From Fibrobacteria bacterium (lineage in GTDB: Bacteria > Fibrobacterota > Fibrobacteria > UBA5070): DNA of 64,000 nt. Positions 8,310 to 15,613 of this stretch are shown here, piece by piece (the stretch's first letter is position 1; the number at the start of each line of letters is the position of its first letter). Made by a program: the position numbers and the translations under genes. The notes under the pieces were generated by a model. It was given only the letters and a program-made list of their open reading frames with translations. It was not told where the DNA came from and did not search any database. Where the stretch lies: the NCBI GenBank assembly GCA_035352895.1, contig DAOPYN010000010.1, forward strand, positions 24,188 through 88,187, read 5' to 3'.

Positions 8310-9938
8310 CTAGCGGAGGAGCGTCCAGGTCGCCTTACCTTGGGCTCCTGTGGCGTGCACCACCACCACGCCCTTTTCCTCCAGGCGAAGGAACGCCACG
8401 GGATCGGCGACCACCCCCTGGGCCAGAAGCCGCCCCTGGAGATTGCTCACCCGGACGGTGATCGGCTCCTGCGACGACGCTCCGTGCATCTCCAGGCCAC
8501 CGATGGTGGATTGGACCCGCCACCGCGAGTGGACCGCATTCTTCCCCACCCGAGTCTCGCCGGGATCGGTTTCGAATTGATCCAGCACCAGGCGTCCCGT
8601 GTCGGAGGTGCTCCACTCGATCCTCAAATCCTGGGGACCGGCGGGGATGTCGATGGAATCAGGAGTGGCGAAGGTTCCCATCGACGCACCGGAAGATGCC
8701 GCCACGGAAATCTGGGAGAGCGTCTCCGAACCACGCTTGAGGAGGATCGTTCCCGCCGACCCAGCCCAACCGCGAAGAATCACGCGCGCACGGAACGCCG
8801 AAGCCGCGCGGACCTGGTACTGGGACCAGGATCCCCCGAACAACTCCAGGTGTGGACGTTCCCCGGGCTTGCCGCTGACCACATGATCAAAACCCACGGA
8901 TCCAAAAGCGCGCGCCTCGACGACGCCGGGCAGGGAGAAGGTGTCGAACCGCGCCTTCACCCGCCCATCCCCCAGGATGGCGGTGCGGAAAAAGCTCCCC
9001 ATGGGAGTCAGGTCGGATGCGGTCCATCCTCCGTCCGGCGAGGCGGAGGGGACCAGCGCATCGCCGCCGCCGGTCGCGCGGGAAAGCGACCACCCGCACC
9101 AGGGCAGTCCCAACGTGTCCAGGACCGCCTTCCAGCGCCCGGCCATTTCCAGATCGGCCTTCCCATCCTTGGGCCGCACCGCCGAAAGCTGGTTGACGAA
9201 CACCGGCAACTTCGCCTCCACCAACTTCCCCAACCGGAGGCGATCCTTGGTTTCGTCGGATCCCGGATCCAGCTTCTGCGCATAGACGACATTCGTGTCG
9301 CCCAAGGGATTGGCCAAGGCGGCGTCGGATTCCCGGCTGTCCCGTGGCGTGGAAACGATCACGACTCCGGGATGGTGGGCGCGGATCACGGAGAGGATCT
9401 CCTGGTGGAGCTTGCGCAGCCGGCTCCAATCGTAATCGTTCCCGGAAAGTCCTTCGTACGGCTCGAAGAGGAGGTTGGGCTTGCCGGCGTAGACCATGGC
9501 CATCTCCTCGAAGAAATCCTTCGCCTCCGCGGGATGGTCGGAGAGCGAATCCTCGTGCCAGGACACCACCACATACAGGCCGCGCTCGATGGCTCCCTGG
9601 ATCCACTGGTGGATCCGGGCCTTGGCCAGGTTGGGGTTGTTCCGATAGGCCTCCAAGGCGGGTAGCCGACTCACATCCATCCTCAAGCGCACCACGGAAC
9701 TGCCCCAATCGGTACCGAGCCACCCCATCGCCTGCGGCCCCCAGACCAGGGACTCGTCCTCGGTGCCCAGGTCTCCCAGGGTCATCCCGGCCAACCGCAC
9801 CTTCTGGCCGGTGAATTCCCCCACCAGCGCTCCTTCGCGCACGGAAAGCCACCCGTGGACGGAAACCGGCGAAGCGCAGATCGCGGACACGGACAAGAGC
9901 GAACAAGCGACGAACGCGGAGCGGAAACAGCGAGTCAT
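8310..9938 (-). CDS. secreted glycoside hydrolase family 5-like protein with T9SS-type C-terminal sorting domain (catalytic residues apparently substituted)
   Basis: Signal peptide MTRCFRSAFVACSLLSVSAICA. GH5 core pattern GLYVVVSWHED...FFEEMAMVYAGKPNLLFEPYEG...VFVNQLSA aligns with canonical ...NEP... and ...TEFG.... C-terminus ...ITVRVSNLQGRLLAQG...GKATWTLLR resembles the Por_Secre_tail. Confidence 0.7.
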   Translation of the reverse strand: MTRCFRSAFVACSLLSVSAICASPVSVHGWLSVREGALVGEFTGQKVRLAGMTLGDLGTEDESLVWGPQAMGWLGTDWGSSVVRLRMDVSRLPALEAYRNNPNLAKARIHQWIQGAIERGLYVVVSWHEDSLSDHPAEAKDFFEEMAMVYAGKPNLLFEPYEGLSGNDYDWSRLRKLHQEILSVIRAHHPGVVIVSTPRDSRESDAALANPLGDTNVVYAQKLDPGSDETKDRLRLGKLVEAKLPVFVNQLSAVRPKDGKADLEMAGRWKAVLDTLGLPWCGWSLSRATGGGDALVPSASPDGGWTASDLTPMGSFFRTAILGDGRVKARFDTFSLPGVVEARAFGSVGFDHVVSGKPGERPHLELFGGSWSQYQVRAASAFRARVILRGWAGSAGTILLKRGSETLSQISVAASSGASMGTFATPDSIDIPAGPQDLRIEWSTSDTGRLVLDQFETDPGETRVGKNAVHSRWRVQSTIGGLEMHGASSQEPITVRVSNLQGRLLAQGVVADPVAFLRLEEKGVVVVHATGAQGKATWTLLR

Positions 9939-10055
9939 GGAACCCTGCCTCGTGGAAACGGTCTACAGAATGTAGAAGGACTTGCGCGGTTCCGGTGCGG
10001 TCCGCGCAAAAGCGGCGATGACTCCCGCGTAGGCACCACGCTCCCCCGGAAACCC

Positions 10056-11213
10056 TCAAACACGGGCCGAGGAACTCGATTCCAGACGCTCGCGCAATCC
10101 CCACAGGGCCTTGGGCGAAAGCTGGACATCCGCCTTGGGAGGATCGATGATCGCCACGCAGTGGAACTGGTCCACGGCGGTGTCGCGATGGATGGGACAC
10201 CCCAGAGGCAATCCGGAAGGCGAGATGTAGCTGGCCACCACCGGCGACTTGGCATCCTTGCCGCGGCGGATCACCACGCCGATCTCCCCGTTTTCGAGCA
10301 AGACGTGGTTGCCCGGAGGGAAGATCCCCAAGGCCCGCACCATCGATGTGGCCACTTGGGGCATCACGAATTTCCCCAGGCCCCGCAGGATCTCCACCAG
10401 GGTCAGGTTCGACTTCTCGGTCGCCGCCCAGCTGCGGTGGGTCACACGGGCGGTGTACATGTCGGAGATCCGCAATACCTGGGCTTCCAGGGGAATCCGG
10501 TCGCCGACCAATTCCAGGTAACCCGTTCCGTCGACGGATTCGTGATGGCACCGCACCGCCTCCAACCAGACCGGATCCTGGACTCCCGACGACCGCAGGA
10601 GCTCCCAGGAGGCCAACGGGTGGCCGCGCATCCTGACCTGCTCCGCGTCGTCGATGGGACCGCTGCGCTCGTTGAGGGTCTCGTGCAACTCCAGGGTCGA
10701 CAGGTTCATGGTCATCGCCGCGCACATCATCGACAACCGCGTGGGTCTGGGCATCTCCAACGCCTTGGCCAAGGCCTCCGCGGCGATGGCGGTGTCCATC
10801 TGGTGCTTGATCGAATGGTGGGGCCAGGTGCCCAGGCAGATGGAGGCGATCGCCGCGTCCTGCTCCTGCAGGCAAAGCACCTGGAGACCTTCGGCCAGAG
10901 CGACGATGGTCTCCCGCAGGCGGAGTGGATCGGGAGCCGGGAGCATCGCGCGCTGGAGGCCGTCGAGCATCTCGGAGAGCGAATCGAAAGCGGGCAGCGA
11001 CGCGTTGCGCCTGTAGAGCCGCCGAGCCGATGCGTCGTCCGATTCCAGGGAGAGACGGCTGGCTCCCCGTCGGATCAGTTCGTCCACCATGGCCTGGTTG
11101 GACACGATCTGTCCACGCCGCAGGAGCAGACGACCCGTTCCGTCGAACAGATCGAAGTCCAGTGCGGTGCCCGCGATCAGGTCCAACGAACCGATCCGTC
11201 GCATGGTGGTCAT
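10056..11213 (-). CDS. HD-GYP domain c-di-GMP phosphodiesterase
   Basis: HD domain followed by HHESVDGTGYLELV (HD-GYP signature). Start MTTMRRIGSLDL at ATG 11213. Confidence 0.8.
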   Translation of the reverse strand: MTTMRRIGSLDLIAGTALDFDLFDGTGRLLLRRGQIVSNQAMVDELIRRGASRLSLESDDASARRLYRRNASLPAFDSLSEMLDGLQRAMLPAPDPLRLRETIVALAEGLQVLCLQEQDAAIASICLGTWPHHSIKHQMDTAIAAEALAKALEMPRPTRLSMMCAAMTMNLSTLELHETLNERSGPIDDAEQVRMRGHPLASWELLRSSGVQDPVWLEAVRCHHESVDGTGYLELVGDRIPLEAQVLRISDMYTARVTHRSWAATEKSNLTLVEILRGLGKFVMPQVATSMVRALGIFPPGNHVLLENGEIGVVIRRGKDAKSPVVASYISPSGLPLGCPIHRDTAVDQFHCVAIIDPPKADVQLSPKALWGLRERLESSSSARV

Positions 11214-11349
11214 GGCTCGCGGCCTCCGGACGCGGATGCCCACCGCGGAAACCCCGCGGAGGAAACGATCCACCTCAACATCCTACCGTTCGCGGGAATC
11301 CTCGTCCAGCGCGAAGACCGTACCGAAGACGATGCTGGGCCTGGAGGGA

Positions 11350-13716
11350 CTAGTGTCCCCCCACCGCTTCCTTCTGCTGGGCGAGGTCTTCGGATTCCGG
11401 TCCGTACAAGGTGACGCGGTTGCGGCCGTTCTTCTTCGAGAAGTACATGGCCTTGTCGGCGCCATCGATGAAGTCCTGCTTCACCGAGGCCATGTCCGGA
11501 AACAGGCAGACCCCGATGGAAATGGTGACCTTGAGCATCCGCCCCTCGTGCGGGATGGCCATGCCTTCCACCGCGGCGCGGACGCGCTCGGCGCTCTGCA
11601 TGGCCCCCACCTCGTCGGCCTGGGGCATGAGCACCACGAACTCCTCGCCGCCGTAGCGGGCGATCATGTCGCTGGACCGGATGGCCATCCCCACGCACCG
11701 GGCGACTTCCTTGAGGACCAGATCCCCGATGGCGTGACCGTAGGTGTCGTTGAACCTCTTGAAGTGGTCGATATCGAAGAGCATGAGCCCGATGCGCTGG
11801 CCGTAGCGGGTGGCGACCTCCAGTTGCTGGTTGAGCAAGGTCTGGAAGTGCCTGTGGTTGGGGACCTGGGTGAGGCCGTCGATGGTCGCGAGTCGCTCCA
11901 TCTCCTGGTACATCCGCGCGCGCGTCAGGGCTCCGGCCGCGATGGAGGCGATGGCCGCCAGGAGCTTGGCGTCCAGCTCCTGGTAGGAGCCCGCCACGGT
12001 GGACTCCAGGGTGAGCACCCCGAAGCATTGGCGATCGTCGTTGAGGAACGGAGCGCCCATGATCTCATGGCCTCGCCAACCGATCTCGGCATCCATCCGG
12101 GCCTCGAACACCGCCCGAGGCCCGTCTTGGCCTTCGCGGGCCAGGACTTCCCGACCCGTGCGGAAGACGGCCCCGCAGATGGACGAAGGATCGGATGCGT
12201 CGAAGTAGGCCCCACGCTCCGGCAACGGCACGATCCCCGTCGAAAGCTGGACCTGGGCCATCTGCTTGGAGGGATTCCAGAGACTCACGGTCAACCGTTC
12301 CAGAGGGAACAGGGTGCGCAGGGAGGATTCCAGCACGACCAACAGGTCGTCCGGCTTGAGATGGCGGGTGAGCCTGGACTGGATGTCGTAGAAGGTGTTG
12401 GTGATGGTCGCCTGCCGCTGGATGGCCGTCCGCGCGGATTGGACGGTGACCAGAGCGGAAGCGATGCTCGCGAACCTCTTGAAGTAGTGGTAGTGCTCGT
12501 CGGAGAAGGCGCGCGCCCCCTTGTGGTCGACCACCAGGAGAGCCTGGAGCTCGCCGTTGTCCTCGTTGCGCACCGGCAAGGCCATCAGGGACAGGACGCG
12601 TTCGCCCTCCGGATAGTATTCCGGAGCTTCCCCGTAGTTGGCCACATCGCCGGTCAGCAAGCCGGAACGCAGGGAATTTCCCAGCAATCGGACTCCGGGG
12701 ACGATCCGCGCGTCGGGAACCACGGTTCCCTTGCCGAACTTGGCGTCCAGGAGGAGCTCTCCGCTGATGGGATCCACCAGGAATCCCAAGGCGGAATAGG
12801 AACGGAACACCTTGTGCATCAGGTGCACCACCGGTCCCAGCAACCTGGACATCTGCTGGCGGGCCTGGTCGTCCTGCTCGGACAGGATGGAACGGGACAG
12901 GACCTGGGAAGCGGAAGGGTCGATCTCGTCGCCGCTGGAGGACATCGTGGGATCGTCCCAGGCTCCCTGCACGCGCTGGCGCGGAATCGCCGTCGATGCA
13001 CGAGGATCCACCGGAGGATTGGACAAGCCTTGTCCGGATGGCCCCGTGGGACGCGCATGCGATCCCGAAACGGACGCCGTGGTGGAGCCCACCGGCGCGG
13101 AAACGGAAGCCACCGCATGCACCCCGGACGAGGAAGCCGAAGGGGACGAAGCCGACGCCTCGGAAATGCTCAGTCCACCCCGTCCGCCCCCGGAGACTGC
13201 TTCCATCCGGCCCCGCGGACTGGAGACCTGATGCAGGGAGTGGTGGACCAGGAGGAACACGAGAAGCCAGATTCCGACCTGCGCGAAATGGAAGGGGATG
13301 TCGATCAGGGGGATCTGGACGGCCCCCCACAGCGCCAAGCGGCCGACCAGCAGCGGACTCGCCACCAGGACCACCGCACCGGCCAGAAGATGGAGCCGAT
13401 CCCTCTTCGGATCCGAGATCGGAAGCAATGGGACCAGCCATGCGCCCAGGGAAACCAACAACCAGGACGAATCCGTGGGGGCCACCAGGATTTGCGCCAG
13501 CAGCACCCCGATCGCGAGCATCGAGCCGAAGGCTCCGAGCCTGCGCAGCACAGGCCGCGCGAAAGTGGCGGCCACGGCGAAGGCCACCAGGATCCCGCTG
13601 TAGATCAGGAGTCCTGATGTTGGCGTCAGGCCAGGAAACTGGCGCCCACCAACAAGCCATCCGCTCGCGCCGACGATCCACAGGATGGCCGCAGCCGCCT
13701 GAAGGAAAACACCCAC
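11350..13716 (-). CDS. membrane-anchored GAF-GAF-GGDEF diguanylate cyclase
   Basis: Five predicted N-terminal TM helices, a Ser-rich linker, GAF-like regions, then the GGDEF domain (RYGGEEF active-site motif, I-site-like context). Confidence 0.85.
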   Translation of the reverse strand: MGVFLQAAAAILWIVGASGWLVGGRQFPGLTPTSGLLIYSGILVAFAVAATFARPVLRRLGAFGSMLAIGVLLAQILVAPTDSSWLLVSLGAWLVPLLPISDPKRDRLHLLAGAVVLVASPLLVGRLALWGAVQIPLIDIPFHFAQVGIWLLVFLLVHHSLHQVSSPRGRMEAVSGGGRGGLSISEASASSPSASSSGVHAVASVSAPVGSTTASVSGSHARPTGPSGQGLSNPPVDPRASTAIPRQRVQGAWDDPTMSSSGDEIDPSASQVLSRSILSEQDDQARQQMSRLLGPVVHLMHKVFRSYSALGFLVDPISGELLLDAKFGKGTVVPDARIVPGVRLLGNSLRSGLLTGDVANYGEAPEYYPEGERVLSLMALPVRNEDNGELQALLVVDHKGARAFSDEHYHYFKRFASIASALVTVQSARTAIQRQATITNTFYDIQSRLTRHLKPDDLLVVLESSLRTLFPLERLTVSLWNPSKQMAQVQLSTGIVPLPERGAYFDASDPSSICGAVFRTGREVLAREGQDGPRAVFEARMDAEIGWRGHEIMGAPFLNDDRQCFGVLTLESTVAGSYQELDAKLLAAIASIAAGALTRARMYQEMERLATIDGLTQVPNHRHFQTLLNQQLEVATRYGQRIGLMLFDIDHFKRFNDTYGHAIGDLVLKEVARCVGMAIRSSDMIARYGGEEFVVLMPQADEVGAMQSAERVRAAVEGMAIPHEGRMLKVTISIGVCLFPDMASVKQDFIDGADKAMYFSKKNGRNRVTLYGPESEDLAQQKEAVGGH

Positions 13717-13810
13717 CAGAGTCCTCCGCTATGGGTCAAATGTATGTTTATCGATCCTAGTTTTACCATTTCCATAGGGTACCTGCCAACGGGAAGCGAG
13801 GAGAGGAAGA

Positions 13811-14767
13811 TTGAGTCGATCCAGCTTGATTTCCTGGTGGCAGCGGAGTCGATACCTTCGACAGGTTGCCAAGGCGATCGATTCCACGGTGGCCCCTCCC
13901 CCACGGGCCCAGCCCCTCCTGAGCGGTCCCGGCGTGGTTCTGGTCCCCTTCGACCCCGTCCATGCCGCCCTTGCCAATCCATTCATCCAGGACCTTTGCC
14001 AGACCCTGGAAGGGCCCATCCGCCTTGCCGGCCCCGTATCCAGCCTGCGATGGTCACCGGAAACCTCCCTGCCCCCCATCGAAATCCCGCTTGGGCTTTC
14101 CCCGAAGTCGTTCCGGGAATGGCTCGAATACCACAGGGCCCATCGAACCGACTGGTGCCTCCTGGTTTCCAGATCCCCTTCTCCACTGGAGGAGGCATGC
14201 CTCGCTTGGCTGGGGTCGGGCGCCAGGATCGCCTCCCTGGATGCATGCCTGTCGAGTGCTGCCAACGTCAAGTTGCAAACCCAGCCGGAAGGCTCCTTCG
14301 AGCTCCATCTTCGCCGGACCCTGCGCACCGTGCTGACCGGTTTTCCCCATGGAATCGTGGCCGACCGTCCCAAATCCGGCCCCCGGGTCCTGGAGATCCC
14401 ACCTTCGCTTCCGGAAACAGGGGGACGCACGAAGGCCTTCGTGGAGCAGATCACCCGGTTGGCCACCTCCCAACCCCTCCTGCTGGCGCACTCGGAAAAT
14501 CTTCCCGAACTGATCGCGGACACCGTCCGCAGCCTGGGCCCCCGCATCGCACTGGTCCATTTGCAGGCGGCGAAGGACGTCCAGGAACTGGCGAAGCGTT
14601 CCAGTGTCTTCGTTGGCGTGCGCTCCCCGGCCACCGCTTTGGCCGCCCTCGCGGGGTGCCCGGTCCGTCTGATCGGAGCTTCCGAGGATGCTCTGGACTA
14701 TCCGTCGGAAGGTGTCCAAGTGGTTTCCCTAAAAATCCTTAGGCAAGAATTGGACGAATCGGTGTAG
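13811..14767 (+). CDS. hypothetical protein, weak glycosyltransferase family 9 (heptosyltransferase)-like C-terminus
   Basis: 318-aa ORF with genome-typical codon usage. The C-terminal VFVGVRSPATALAALAGCPVRLIG resembles the GT9 donor-binding motif. Competing minus-strand ORFs look low-complexity. Confidence 0.4.
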   Translation: MSRSSLISWWQRSRYLRQVAKAIDSTVAPPPRAQPLLSGPGVVLVPFDPVHAALANPFIQDLCQTLEGPIRLAGPVSSLRWSPETSLPPIEIPLGLSPKSFREWLEYHRAHRTDWCLLVSRSPSPLEEACLAWLGSGARIASLDACLSSAANVKLQTQPEGSFELHLRRTLRTVLTGFPHGIVADRPKSGPRVLEIPPSLPETGGRTKAFVEQITRLATSQPLLLAHSENLPELIADTVRSLGPRIALVHLQAAKDVQELAKRSSVFVGVRSPATALAALAGCPVRLIGASEDALDYPSEGVQVVSLKILRQELDESV

Positions 14768-14780
14768 ATTTGGCCCTCCA

Positions 14781-14853
14781 CGGGATGTAGCTCAACTGGT
14801 AGAGTGCCTGCTTTGGGAGCAGGTGGTCGCACGTTCGAATCGTGTCATCCCGA
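14781..14853 (+). tRNA. tRNA-Pro (anticodon TGG)
   Basis: Cloverleaf drawn by hand: acceptor CGGGATG/CATCCCG, D-arm GCTC..GAGT, anticodon stem CCTGC/GCAGG with loop TTTGGGA (anticodon UGG, G37), T-arm GCACG-TTCGAAT-CGTGT, discriminator A. Confidence 0.85.
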
Positions 14854-14917
14854 CTCCGGAGCAGGAAGTTCTACTCTTTCCTTCCTGTCCCGGCCCTTCA
14901 CCCCCTTAGGAGAACCC

Positions 14918-15535
14918 ATGGCTGCCAAGGAAGAATCGGTCATCCTCAAATACCTGAAGAAGAACCCCGGATCCGAAGCGCTGGACATCTCGTTCGGTAC
15001 CGACATCGACGAATCCGTGGTGAAGGAAACCCTCCAGCAGCTCTTGGGCAAGCAGCAGGTTTCCGAAGCCGTCAGCGAATCCGGCATTTCCACCTGGTCG
15101 ATCGCCGCTCCTCCTCCGCCGGCCCCCAAGGTGGCGGCTCCCAAGCCCCAGCCGGCCCCCAAGCCGGTCAGCGAGGATGCTCCCACCGACGACAGCGACG
15201 ATTCCGACAGCGACGAGGGTTCCAGCTCCAAGGGTGGAGTCGGCAAGGGCTTCGTCATCTTCATCGCCTTGCTGTTCGCCGCCATCGGTGCCGGCGCCTC
15301 GTTCTTCATGGTCCAGGGCTCCATCAGCGCCGCCAAGGCCGATATCGTGAAGGCCAAGGGCGAGCTGCAGGATTCCGTTGGTGTCTTCAAGCTGGCCACC
15401 AACAACCGCATCTCCGCGATGGAGCAGGAGATCAAGTTGCTGAAGGCTCCTCCCGCCGAGGAGAAGGCCGACGACGCCAAGGCCGCCAAGAAGGCCACCA
15501 AGCCCGTTGTCAAGAAGGGCAAGAAGGGCAAGTAA
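14918..15535 (+). CDS. hypothetical single-pass membrane protein (N-terminal winged-helix-like region, Pro-rich and acidic linkers, coiled coil, Lys-rich tail)
   Basis: ATG 14918 preceded by AGGAGA. Contains MAAKEESVILKYLKKNPGSEALDISFGTD..., the TM segment GFVIFIALLFAAIGAGASFFMV, and the C-terminal KAAKKATKPVVKKGKKGK. The ORF track extends upstream over tRNA-Pro, which is unlikely to be real. Confidence 0.55.
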   Translation: MAAKEESVILKYLKKNPGSEALDISFGTDIDESVVKETLQQLLGKQQVSEAVSESGISTWSIAAPPPPAPKVAAPKPQPAPKPVSEDAPTDDSDDSDSDEGSSSKGGVGKGFVIFIALLFAAIGAGASFFMVQGSISAAKADIVKAKGELQDSVGVFKLATNNRISAMEQEIKLLKAPPAEEKADDAKAAKKATKPVVKKGKKGK

Positions 15536-15613
15536 GCGGGTCGCCCGATCTTTCCGGTCGACGCCCTCTCCGAGCGCCTCGTCGCGACCTACCGCGACGG
15601 GGCGCATCTTGTT

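Noticed and set aside
8340-10875. ORF-track entries 8340..9665(+, 441 aa) and 8887..10875(-, 662 aa)
   Set aside because: Antisense or out-of-frame to the GH5-like and HD-GYP genes. Translations are Gly/Arg/Pro-rich with no domain features.
11089-13760. 842-aa plus-strand ORF, 538-aa minus-strand ORF and others overlapping the GGDEF gene
   Set aside because: Alternative frames of a gene with clear GGDEF/GAF homology. Compositionally biased (His/Gly/Arg-rich).
14804-14917. Upstream extension of ORF 14804..15535 over tRNA-Pro
   Set aside because: The extension overlaps a well-formed tRNA. The ATG at 14918 has an AGGAGA RBS and is the plausible start.
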